From IMG/VR virus record IMGVR_UViG_3300044647_001298, positions 1 through 33,136 of that record: a stretch of DNA of 33,136 nucleotides. One strand, given 5' to 3'. The position numbers and the translations under genes were made by a program. Positions 1 to 8,080 of the stretch are shown here, in pieces (within the stretch, counting starts at the first letter, position 1; every line of letters starts with the position of its first letter). The notes under the pieces are model-generated. The model ran no database searches, was not told the DNA's origin, and worked only from the letters and a program-made list of their open reading frames with translations. Source of the stretch: a virus (taxonomy: Duplodnaviria > Caudoviricetes).

Positions 1-2
1 AG

Positions 3-221
3 ACGGCCACGCGGTTGGAGGGCATCGTGGATGCCATCGCGACAGGCGAGGTTGATGCCACGCCCGCGCAGGTCACGCTGTTGCAGTTCCGCTTGAAGGG
101 TCTGCGCCCCGAGGTCTACCGCGACAGAGCGAGCGTGCAGGTCGATCAGCGCACGACGCTGACGGCCGATGCAGGCGAGGGCGGTCGAGCGCGCCTGCTG
201 CTGGCGGAGTGGCAGTCGTGA
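3..221 (+). CDS. terS: Terminase small subunit, C-terminal part (ORF open at window start)
   Basis: Frame open from base 3 (TATRLEGIVD...); TLLQFRLKGLRPEVYRD resembles the LLxFxLKxxxPExYR motif of small terminases; lies directly upstream of terL. Confidence 0.7.
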   Translation, partial: TATRLEGIVDAIATGEVDATPAQVTLLQFRLKGLRPEVYRDRASVQVDQRTTLTADAGEGGRARLLLAEWQS

Positions 222-445
222 CGGCGCGGGGAAGGCAACGCACGCGCGCGCAGGACATGGCAACGCACGCAGGCTCGCGCGATGTCGGGCGCACACGCGC
301 GGCTATTCGCGGGGGCGCGCGCAGGCACACCCGGGCAGGCGCGCGCACGCACCCGGGCGCACCCCCCGGCGAGCGCGCGCGTCAGAACCTAGTATCTAAT
401 ACCCCCCTCCGTTGACACAGTACTGACCCCTAAATCCGGACATCC
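222..445. other. terS-terL intergenic region with short direct repeats; candidate pac/packaging-initiation region
   Basis: GGCAACGCACGC at 234-245 and 259-270; CACCCGGGC at 328-336 and 350-358; alternating CG/CA runs and C-tracts at 362-367 and 402-407. Confidence 0.4.
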
Positions 446-2167
446 ATGTCTGAAATTGCACGACTTCGGAAGAAGTTCTTGGACGCAACGGTGGACAGCC
501 CATCGACGCAGGCGGACTTTCGTGCCGCGTTTGCGGAGGACATCTGCCTGTGGCTCCGTCTGACGGGGTGGACATACGCCCCGAAGGAGGTGAATCCGGT
601 GTCGGGGCGCGAGGTTCCGAGCGTGAAGCCGAACCGTCCGTTCGTGCTGTGGCCGTGTCAGGAGCGCGCGGTGCAGGAGGTGAACGCGGCGGTGTCGGAC
701 GGCCGGGATGTGGTGGTTCGGAAGAGCCGCGACATGGGTGCATCGTGGCTGCTGGCGGCGGTGGCCTCGTGGGGGTGGCTGTTCAAGGGGTGGCAGAGCC
801 TGCTGGTGAGCCGCGTGGAGGACGGCGTGGATCGCCCGGGCGACCCGGACTCGCTGATGTGGAAGGTGGACTACCTATTGCAGAGCCAGCCTCCGTGGCT
901 GTTGCCGGGCGCGGCGGACGAGTTGCTGCGGCGCGGCAGCGACACGCGGCAGCACATGATGCTTCGGAACCCGGTCTCGGGCGCGACGATTGCGGGACAG
1001 GCATCGACGGCGCATGTGGGCCGAGGCGGCCGGCGCACGCTGATCCTGTTCGACGAGTTTGCGTCGATGGGGGAGGCGGAGGCGGCGTGGCGGTCGGCGG
1101 CGGACGCGAGCGCGTGCCGGATCGCGGTGAGTACCCCCTTGGGGAGCGGGACGCAGTACTCGACGCTGGTGCGGATGGCGCGGACGCAGGGCGATCCGAG
1201 GCTGGTGGAGTTGCTGTACACGGAGCATCCGCTGAAGGGGGCGAACGCGGAGACCCGGGTGGATGTGGACGGGCGGGTGACGGGGGTAGCGGGGTCTGAG
1301 TTCGTGTGGACACCGTGGCTTGGGGAGCAGTTGAAGCGGCGCGACACGGTGGACATGGCGCAGAATGTGTTTGCGACCGAGGTGGGCAGCGGTTCGAACT
1401 TCTTCACGCCGGGGGTGGTGACGGCGCACATGAACGAGAACGCGATGCCGGGCGAGCGTTGCGAGTTGCTGCGCGGCCGGTTCGTGGCGGACCCGAACGG
1501 TCGGTGGCGGGTGTGGCGGCACGGGGAGACGGAGCGGGAGTATGTGATGTTCGCCGACCCGTCCTACGGAACGGGGAGCGCGAACGCGGCGGTGTGCGTG
1601 ATGGACGCGGACAACCGGGAGGTGGTGGCCGAGTTTGCCGACCCGAACTGTCCTCCGCACGACTTGGCGCAGGAGATGGTGGAGGTGGCGATGACGGTGT
1701 ACCGTGGGCGGCGGCTTCCGCTGGTGGGGTGGGAGGTAAACGGCCCGGGCGCGGCGCTGCACCACGACTTCCAGCGGATCGGGTACTCGTCGGTGTACCG
1801 TCAGCGGATGGTGGGAACGACCACGGAGCGTCTGACGGTGAGGATCGGGTGGAACAGCAGCCGGCGCGCGAAGCGGACGCTGCTGGGGGCGTTGTCCCGC
1901 GCGATCAGTCAGGGCAATGTGCGGATTCCGGGCGAGGACACCTTGCGCGAGATGTTGGATTATGTGATCCTTGATGACGGGTCGATCGAGGCGGCGAGCG
2001 TGCGCGACATGGCGAGCGGCGCGCGCGAGTCGCACGGCGACCGGGTCATCGCGCTTGCGGGCGCGCTGATGCTTTGCGAAGAGGGCGTGAGCGCGGAGGT
2101 TCGCGAGGCGGCGTTGCCGAGCGAGGCGCTTGGAGTGATCCTAAAGCATCACGAGGTGTTCCGCTGA
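446..2167 (+). CDS. terL: Terminase large subunit
   Basis: 573 aa; LWPCQ adenine-binding motif, Walker A-like VVRKSRDMGASW, GRGGR plus Walker B LILFDE, coupling motif VSTP, nuclease ADPSYG and C-terminal HGDRVIALA. Confidence 0.95.
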   Translation: MSEIARLRKKFLDATVDSPSTQADFRAAFAEDICLWLRLTGWTYAPKEVNPVSGREVPSVKPNRPFVLWPCQERAVQEVNAAVSDGRDVVVRKSRDMGASWLLAAVASWGWLFKGWQSLLVSRVEDGVDRPGDPDSLMWKVDYLLQSQPPWLLPGAADELLRRGSDTRQHMMLRNPVSGATIAGQASTAHVGRGGRRTLILFDEFASMGEAEAAWRSAADASACRIAVSTPLGSGTQYSTLVRMARTQGDPRLVELLYTEHPLKGANAETRVDVDGRVTGVAGSEFVWTPWLGEQLKRRDTVDMAQNVFATEVGSGSNFFTPGVVTAHMNENAMPGERCELLRGRFVADPNGRWRVWRHGETEREYVMFADPSYGTGSANAAVCVMDADNREVVAEFADPNCPPHDLAQEMVEVAMTVYRGRRLPLVGWEVNGPGAALHHDFQRIGYSSVYRQRMVGTTTERLTVRIGWNSSRRAKRTLLGALSRAISQGNVRIPGEDTLREMLDYVILDDGSIEAASVRDMASGARESHGDRVIALAGALMLCEEGVSAEVREAALPSEALGVILKHHEVFR

Positions 2168-2307
2168 TGGCAAAAGGGCGATTCAACTTTAGAAAGGCGA
2201 ACGCAAGCGTTGCGCTTCGGATCAGGGACGTGGAAGGGCAGTTGATGCTGGACTTCTCCGCCGTGTCGAACTCGATGTACCTGATGTTCATCCAAGACCC
2301 ATTCTGA
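2167..2307 (+). CDS. 46-aa protein MAKGRFNFRKANASVALRIRDVEGQLMLDFSAVSNSMYLMFIQDPF
   Basis: ATG overlaps the terL stop (TGATG); N-terminal 14 aa identical to the 3733 ORF with only synonymous changes, which supports translation. Confidence 0.75.
   Translation: MAKGRFNFRKANASVALRIRDVEGQLMLDFSAVSNSMYLMFIQDPF
2179..2220 (+). repeat. Diverged 42-bp repeat, copy 1 (encodes RFNFRKANASVALR)
   Basis: 36/42 identical to 3745-3786; all 6 differences at synonymous third positions. Confidence 0.95.
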
Positions 2308-2317
2308 GAGAACCGAC

Positions 2318-3502
2318 ATGCCGACACTTATCCCTGTGAAGGACGCGAACGGGAACACCGTGAACATGGTGTTGAACCCGGGGTACGACTCGCAGGATGA
2401 CATGATCAAGATGAAGAGCGTGCAGAAGAAGTGGCGCGACTCGTTCACGGTCAACGGGTCTCCTGACGCGACGAAGTGGGTGACGGATGTCGGCACGGGC
2501 GGCTCCGCGTCGAACTCAAGCGGCGCGCTGGTGATGGCGAACGGAACGACGAACGGATCGACCACGATGGTCACGAGCGTGGAGACATTCACAATCCCGT
2601 TCCGCGTGAGCATCGGCTTGACCCTGAGCCAGCGGATTGCGGGCGGAACCTTTTTCGTCGAGGCGATCAGCGTCGATCCCGTCACGCTTGCTCCCAACGG
2701 ACAGCACACCCTCGCGTGGGCGTTTGAGGGAACCAGCAACGCAACGCAGGGAATCTACGAGGTGCAGAACGGGGGTCTTGCGCGCCTGCGGTCGGCGCAG
2801 TCCGCGATCCCAACCACCGCAGGATCGGGCGTGTACGAACTGGAGGCGTTCGCCGACGAGGCGTGGTTCCACGGCGGCACGCTCGACGCGGCCACGGGAC
2901 GCGCGAACTCGTACCGCCGCCACCAGCAGATTCCCGACCCGAACGCGGTGTACAAGGTTCGGCTCCGCTGGACGAACAGCAGCGCACCCGCGTCACCGAC
3001 GAACGCGACGATCCAGTACCTCTCGGTGCAGGACTACGCCGAACTGACAGCCGAGATCACGGCGGGGCGCGGCAACTCGGTCGCTGGCAACGCGATGAAT
3101 GTCGTGGTTGTCTCGGCCCCGACTACCACCGTGACGGGAACGGTCACGGCGAACGAAGGAACGCCGGTCACGCCCTCCGTCCTGTTCCGCAACAGTACGG
3201 GCGACAACAACCTAGTCGCGGCCAAGGGTTCAGCCGGAACGCTCTACGGGTTCAGCGTGAACAACACCAACGGGGCGCTTCGATACCTCAAGTTGTACAA
3301 CAAGGCGACTGCGCCCGTACTCGCGACCGATGTCCCCGTGCTGGTCATACCGATCCCCGCGAACGGAACCGTGGCGCAGGACTTCAATGTCGGACTACGG
3401 TTCGCAACGGGAATCGCGATCGCGATGACCACGGGCGCTGCCGACAACGACACGGGAGCCGTGACGGCTGGTGAACACAAAATCGCGATCTCCTACATCT
3501 GA
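2318..3502 (+). CDS. Putative virion accessory/fibre protein (Thr/Gly/Ala-rich, predicted beta-sandwich domains)
   Basis: 394 aa; TTTVTGTVTA linker followed by a C-terminal domain (KGSAGTLYGF...RYLKLYNKATAP...GLRFATGIAIA) of a type common in phage structural proteins. Confidence 0.6.
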   Translation: MPTLIPVKDANGNTVNMVLNPGYDSQDDMIKMKSVQKKWRDSFTVNGSPDATKWVTDVGTGGSASNSSGALVMANGTTNGSTTMVTSVETFTIPFRVSIGLTLSQRIAGGTFFVEAISVDPVTLAPNGQHTLAWAFEGTSNATQGIYEVQNGGLARLRSAQSAIPTTAGSGVYELEAFADEAWFHGGTLDAATGRANSYRRHQQIPDPNAVYKVRLRWTNSSAPASPTNATIQYLSVQDYAELTAEITAGRGNSVAGNAMNVVVVSAPTTTVTGTVTANEGTPVTPSVLFRNSTGDNNLVAAKGSAGTLYGFSVNNTNGALRYLKLYNKATAPVLATDVPVLVIPIPANGTVAQDFNVGLRFATGIAIAMTTGAADNDTGAVTAGEHKIAISYI

Positions 3503-3509
3503 GCAGGCC

Positions 3510-3731
3510 ATGCCGCGCAACTACCGAGACGAGTACCTCAAGCATCAGTCCTCGACTTCCGCGAAGAAGGACAGGGCATCCCGCAACCGCGCGCGACGTG
3601 AGGCCGAGCGTTCGGGCCGCGTTCGCAAGGGCGACGGCAAGGACATCGACCACAAGAACGGCGACCCGCGCGACAACCGGAAGTCAAACCTGCGCGTGAC
3701 GAGCCGATCTTCAAACCGATCGAGGAAGTAA
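3510..3731 (+). CDS. Small HNH endonuclease
   Basis: 73 aa from ATG 3510; GDGKDIDHKNGDPRDNRKSNLRVTSRSSNRS is an H-N-N type beta-beta-alpha-Me motif. Confidence 0.85.
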   Translation: MPRNYRDEYLKHQSSTSAKKDRASRNRARREAERSGRVRKGDGKDIDHKNGDPRDNRKSNLRVTSRSSNRSRK

Positions 3732-3732
3732 C

Positions 3733-4653
3733 ATGCCGCGAAGTCGGTTCAATTTCAGAAAGGCAAACGCGAGCGTTGCGCTCCGGGTTCAACTGTGGAC
3801 TCCAAAAAGAATCGAATCTGATCTTCTTGCGTGGTACGACGCGACGGACACGCCGACGATTCTTCCTCCGCTTGGTGGACTTCCGGCTGTTTCATACTGG
3901 ACGGACAAAAGCGGTCTTGGCAACGACCTTGAGCAGACTGTTGGTGCAAATCAACCCCAGTACAACGCGACTGCGATGAACGGAAAGCCGGGGGTTGTGT
4001 TCGACGGATCGAACGACACGCTGCGGTCAAATCCGAATGACTATTCAAACTGGCCGCAAAGCCCAAACGGCGAACCCCAGCCGTTCGCCGTGTTCTACAT
4101 CTGCAAGCCTCCTCCGTATTTGGGATTCCCGACAACCAGTATAAGGCCGTGGAGCGGGTATACGCGAAGCAACGGCGGCACAAACGCAACCTACACGTTT
4201 GACTACTGGGTTTACGGTGGTGGATCAAATCCTGTAGGGATCATTGGCGGCGTAGGCGGGCTTGGTGGTTCAATAGAAACATTTGGCGCAGACTACACCG
4301 TCTACAGTTCCGCTGGCTTGACAAAAAATCCAAGCGGGTTGTGGCTCAACGGAACCGTATTCAATGGAGCGTTGTTCTGTTTACGCAGGTCATACGGGTC
4401 TACTGTGGATTCGCAGGTTGGATTAACAGCAGTAGCAGAACTCAACGGTCTGTGCCTTGGCGCTGACGGAGACAACGGATCGCCGGCTCTTCATTCAGCA
4501 ACTACATTTGGTGAGTTCATTGTGGTGAGGAACGCGAACGCTGTTACTCAATCGGTGTGGGAAAGGATCGAGGGATACCTTGCGTGGAAGTGGGGAGTGC
4601 AAAGCGGTCTTCCATCGGCTCATCCTTTCAAGAACTTTGCTCCGAGGTTGTAG
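3733..4653 (+). CDS. LamG/concanavalin A-like (lectin-fold) virion protein
   Basis: 306 aa; LLAWYDATD...VSYWTDKSGLGNDLEQ...NGKPGVVFDGSND and C-terminal ERIEGYLAWKWG, typical of phage LamG-like proteins; lower GC (28-29/60 in hand-counted lines 4321-4440). Confidence 0.75.
   Translation: MPRSRFNFRKANASVALRVQLWTPKRIESDLLAWYDATDTPTILPPLGGLPAVSYWTDKSGLGNDLEQTVGANQPQYNATAMNGKPGVVFDGSNDTLRSNPNDYSNWPQSPNGEPQPFAVFYICKPPPYLGFPTTSIRPWSGYTRSNGGTNATYTFDYWVYGGGSNPVGIIGGVGGLGGSIETFGADYTVYSSAGLTKNPSGLWLNGTVFNGALFCLRRSYGSTVDSQVGLTAVAELNGLCLGADGDNGSPALHSATTFGEFIVVRNANAVTQSVWERIEGYLAWKWGVQSGLPSAHPFKNFAPRL
3745..3786 (+). repeat. Diverged 42-bp repeat, copy 2 (encodes RFNFRKANASVALR)
   Basis: Matches 2179-2220. 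Confidence 0.95.
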
Positions 4654-4920
4654 ATGACGCAGTCGTGGTACATCTTCCCAACCGAGGCTCTCGCATTGCA
4701 GGCGGAGGCGGAGGTGTCTGCGTTGATCGGATGTCCGTTGTCGAACGACGCTCACGAAAGGGCAAAGATGATGCGGTGGGCGTTGCCGCGAGAGACCACG
4801 AACGGATCGTGGGCGTTTGAGGTTCCGAGTGAACCCGCGCATCAGATCGGCGCGGTAGTGGTAGACTCGATAGAGTTCAAGCAGCCGATCATGTTTCCAA
4901 ACACTTTGAGAGAGGGCTAG
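4654..4920 (+). CDS. Hypothetical protein (88 aa), possible partner or chaperone of the upstream lectin-fold protein
   Basis: ATG directly abuts the upstream TAG. Confidence 0.65.
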   Translation: MTQSWYIFPTEALALQAEAEVSALIGCPLSNDAHERAKMMRWALPRETTNGSWAFEVPSEPAHQIGAVVVDSIEFKQPIMFPNTLREG

Positions 4921-4986
4921 CGCGATGGCGGCGCTGATACTGTTGACAGGTAACCCCAACAAGCGCGAAACGCGCAGGAGCATGTG

Positions 4987-5127
4987 ATGTACGGAACAAG
5001 CAAGAAGTCGGGAAACGCAAGCACCCGCCACGGTAAGGGCGGCGGCATGAATGGTGGCAAGGGCGGCGGCAAAGGCGGAGCAAAGAGCGGGGGTAAGAAG
5101 ACCAAGATGAAGGGCAAGGGCTGCTGA
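4987..5127 (+). CDS. 46-aa Gly/Lys-rich basic peptide MYGTSKKSGNASTRHGKGGGMNGGKGGGKGGAKSGGKKTKMKGKGC (not in ORF track)
   Basis: AGGAG SD at 4976-4980, ATG at 4987, stop overlaps portal ATG (TGATG). Confidence 0.75.
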   Translation: MYGTSKKSGNASTRHGKGGGMNGGKGGGKGGAKSGGKKTKMKGKGC

Positions 5128-6905
5128 TGCTCGATATGTCGTTCATGGCGATGCGGCGAGAGATCGAGAGCGCGGAAAAGTTCCGTGACGCTCACCTGTC
5201 ATCGCTGCGGACGATGGTCGAAAAGTACCACGGCCCGGGATATCGCGACGATCGCAACGATCCCGACACCGACGATCCCGAGAACTTCGGCCACGAGTAT
5301 GTGTCGCTGGTGCTGCCGCGCATCATCCACGACACGCCTAAGTTTCGGGTGAAGTTGGGCGAGCCGATGCTCGACCTGATGCTTGGGAAACGGCTTCAGA
5401 TCGCCGTGAACCGGTGGGCGCGCATCGTCAAGTTGCGCCGCACGCTGGAGCGTGTCGCGGTGGACATGATCTTCACCTACGGCGTGGCGCTGACGGTGAG
5501 CGAGCCGAGGCCGGAGGCGCGGCAGGTTGACGGCAAAGAGCCTTACCTTCCGCGCGTCTACCGCATCTCGCCCGATCGGTTCTTCATCGACCCCGCCGCG
5601 ACGAGCGTCGAGGACGCGAGGTTCATGGGCCATTGCTACGCGATGGACAAGAACGACCTTCTTGCGATGGCGAAGACCGACGAGAGTTGGGACATCGACG
5701 CGATCTTTGCGATCCCTTCGGGAACCGACATTGACAAGGTTCGCGATGATAACGGCCGCGATCTTGAGGATCGCAAGGAGTTCGCGGTCTACGAGATTTG
5801 GGTTCCGGAGGCCGACATCGCGGAGGCCGAGATTGCCGACGAACTGGCCGGGCCGGGACTGATCAACGGAACGATCTTCACGATCGTCAAGGGCCGGAAC
5901 GGTCAGTCCAAGTGGGACGGGTTCATCCGCGCGCCGCGACCGTACTTCGGGCCGAGAAACGGCCCGTACACCGTCTTCGGCGCGTACACCGTCCCCGACG
6001 ATCCGTACCCGCTGTCGCCGATGATCGCGATCCAATCGCAGAGCCAAGACCTCAACGCGCACCTGATCAGCCTGCGCGCAAGCGCGGCGGCGTACAAGCG
6101 GCTGATCATGGTTGATTCGCGGAACAGCAAGTTGGCGCAGGACTTGAAGGACAAGCCGCACGACTTCGTGATCGTCTCTGAGAACCTCGACAAGGAGAAG
6201 GTAGTCAACCTTGAGGTCGGCGGCATCACGCAGCAGCAGGTGCAGTATTCGCAGATCGCGCAGGACAGGCTCGACCGGGTGTCGGGCATCCATGACGCGA
6301 TGCGCGGCAACATCCAAGGCAGCGCGACCGCGACCGAGGTCGCCGTGGCCGAGTCGAGCGCGACGATGCGCATGGCCCACCTCAAGCGCCAGTTCCAAGA
6401 GGCGGTGGATGACATCGCCCGATCGGTGTTGTGGTTCATGTGGCACGATGACCGGGTGGCGTTCCCGCTCGGGCGCGAGGGCGCGGAGGCGCTGCTGGAG
6501 GCAAACCCCAAGTTCACCGGCGGCGTTCAGATGCCGGGCTGGGAAGACCTTGAGGTCGCGGTCGATGCGTACAGCATGGAGCGCGTGTCCGAGGCGCTCG
6601 TGCAGAAGCGCGCGATGGAACTGCTTCAGATCACCACCAGCGTGGCGCAGGGCATGATGACGATGCCGTTCATCAAGTGGCGCGAAATCCTGTCGGTGGT
6701 CGGTGACGCGCTCAACATGCCCCACTTGCCCGACATGATCGATCAGAACGCCATGCAGCAGATGGCGCAGGCATCGCAGGCGGCGGCAGTCGGCGGCATG
6801 CCGGGGCCGGCCAGCGGCCCACCGACCAACGCAATGGGCGAGCCGAGTCCGATACCCGCAAGCAGCCTAGCCGGCCTCCAAGCCGCCGCGAACAGGGCGA
6901 TGTGA
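5127..6905 (+). CDS. Portal (head-tail connector) protein
   Basis: 592 aa; position between terL and scaffold/capsid; RISPDRFFIDPAAT and SGIHDAMRG...TATE motifs typical of P22/podovirus-type portals; Q/M/P-rich tail. Confidence 0.9.
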   Translation: MLDMSFMAMRREIESAEKFRDAHLSSLRTMVEKYHGPGYRDDRNDPDTDDPENFGHEYVSLVLPRIIHDTPKFRVKLGEPMLDLMLGKRLQIAVNRWARIVKLRRTLERVAVDMIFTYGVALTVSEPRPEARQVDGKEPYLPRVYRISPDRFFIDPAATSVEDARFMGHCYAMDKNDLLAMAKTDESWDIDAIFAIPSGTDIDKVRDDNGRDLEDRKEFAVYEIWVPEADIAEAEIADELAGPGLINGTIFTIVKGRNGQSKWDGFIRAPRPYFGPRNGPYTVFGAYTVPDDPYPLSPMIAIQSQSQDLNAHLISLRASAAAYKRLIMVDSRNSKLAQDLKDKPHDFVIVSENLDKEKVVNLEVGGITQQQVQYSQIAQDRLDRVSGIHDAMRGNIQGSATATEVAVAESSATMRMAHLKRQFQEAVDDIARSVLWFMWHDDRVAFPLGREGAEALLEANPKFTGGVQMPGWEDLEVAVDAYSMERVSEALVQKRAMELLQITTSVAQGMMTMPFIKWREILSVVGDALNMPHLPDMIDQNAMQQMAQASQAAAVGGMPGPASGPPTNAMGEPSPIPASSLAGLQAAANRAM

Positions 6906-6906
6906 A

Positions 6907-7197
6907 ATGCTCTACGAGTTCCTCGACCCCAACGGAAATGTTGTCGAAATCGCCATGCGCATGAGTGAAGCGCCGTCGATTGGCAGTATTATCACCCACG
7001 ATGGGGTAACCCTTACCCGAATTGCCAGCACGTTGCAGGTCGATCCGGGAACGAACCGTCACCAGTATCCCTATGTCAGCACGGCACTTCCGCGCGGACT
7101 TCATGGATGCAAGACCAATCGTCAGGGCAAGCCCATCATTATGTCGAAGCGCCATGAACGCGATGTCATGGCGCGGCACGGTTTCGAAAAGGACTGA
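6907..7197 (+). CDS. Small protein following portal; resembles FmdB-type zinc-ribbon N-terminus but lacks the cysteines
   Basis: 96 aa; MLYEF...GNVVEI..RMSE pattern; position after portal. Confidence 0.55.
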   Translation: MLYEFLDPNGNVVEIAMRMSEAPSIGSIITHDGVTLTRIASTLQVDPGTNRHQYPYVSTALPRGLHGCKTNRQGKPIIMSKRHERDVMARHGFEKD

Positions 7198-7198
7198 G

Positions 7199-8065
7199 AT
7201 GTCAGAACCCGAAGTACCAGCCAAGCCTGACGATGAGATCGTCAATCCTGTGCAGCAACTCGCTGCGGAAGCCGCCGTTGAGGCGGACAACTCCGAAAGC
7301 GAGGACGCTGTCCTCGATCGTCTCCTCGGCATCGACGAGCCTGCGCCGCAGCAGGTCAATCGCACGTCCGAACCGTCTGCTCCAGCGAACGACCCCGACT
7401 TCGATCGGGCGCTGAAGGCATTGCAGCGGGACGGCGTTCCGGCCGACATCATCGCGTCCCTCAAGTCCGACCCTTCCAAGGTGAAGGAGTGGGGCTTGAA
7501 GGCCGCGAAGAGGCAGGCCGATGTGGACTCGTTCGGAGCGGCAAAGGGCAACGACAAGAAGCCCGATGCTGCGAAGACTGAGAATCCGAAGGCATCCACG
7601 CAGTCGGGTGACGGTGAGGCCGATGCCGATCCGCTTTCCGAGTTCGGGGAAATCTTCGGGGACGAGGCCGCAAAGCCTCTCCGCAACCTCGCCGAGCGCC
7701 TTGAGAACTCGTTTCAAGAGCGCGCTCGTGCGATGGAGATCAAGTACGAGACGCGGAGCGCATACGACCGTCTCGCGTCGATGTACGGCAGCAAAGCGCC
7801 GTCTCTCGACGAGATCACAAATATGGCAGCGACGATCGGGCGCGAGAATCCCGGTCAGTTTGAATCCATCTCGGATATCGTCCAAGAAGCGTTCCGCATG
7901 AAGGCAGGCGAGCCAAGGCGCGCCGACCCGAGGAACCTAGCGAAACCGACTGTCGGCAAGCCGCCGGCGCGCACGGTTCGCGAGGTCGATCAGGACGATC
8001 GCGCGCTCGACATCTTGCTTGGCGGCGGAACGCGCGACGATGTCCGCAGAGTCCTTTCCCGATAA
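7199..8065 (+). CDS. Capsid scaffolding protein
   Basis: 288 aa from ATG 7199 (MSEPEVPAKP); acidic, helical, low-complexity; immediately precedes the major capsid gene. Confidence 0.75.
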   Translation: MSEPEVPAKPDDEIVNPVQQLAAEAAVEADNSESEDAVLDRLLGIDEPAPQQVNRTSEPSAPANDPDFDRALKALQRDGVPADIIASLKSDPSKVKEWGLKAAKRQADVDSFGAAKGNDKKPDAAKTENPKASTQSGDGEADADPLSEFGEIFGDEAAKPLRNLAERLENSFQERARAMEIKYETRSAYDRLASMYGSKAPSLDEITNMAATIGRENPGQFESISDIVQEAFRMKAGEPRRADPRNLAKPTVGKPPARTVREVDQDDRALDILLGGGTRDDVRRVLSR

Positions 8066-8080
8066 CCAAACGAGGGCAAC

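Noticed and set aside
412-436. Sigma70 promoter from TTGACA at 412 (and at 4943)
   Set aside because: No -10 hexamer at 16-18 bp spacing
2285-2320. Possible +1 frameshift fusing the 46-aa tagged ORF to the 394-aa protein
   Set aside because: The +1 frame is open only from 2285 and TTC-TGA is not a recognised slippery site; the downstream gene has its own ATG
2179-3786. DGR template/variable repeat or invertible-segment interpretation of the 42-bp repeat
   Set aside because: Differences are synonymous rather than adenine-specific, the repeat is N-terminal and direct, and no reverse transcriptase or invertase is in the window
4982-4987. ATG-TGA minimal ORF after the SD
   Set aside because: Only 1 nt from the SD; ATG 4987 has normal spacing and opens the real ORF
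5199-6725. 508-aa minus-strand ORF (likewise 875-2035, 8843-10039, 17784-19049, 20994-22520, 23874-24986, 26925-28319)
   Set aside because: Antisense shadows of well-supported + strand genes, expected from high-GC codon bias; no motifs or RBS
7022-7198. Upstream extensions in the ORF track (7022, 2074, 3471, 10710, 10739, 11296, 14774, 31907, 32083, 32983 starts)
   Set aside because: They overlap neighbouring genes; downstream starts with SD sites or stop-start coupling are more plausible
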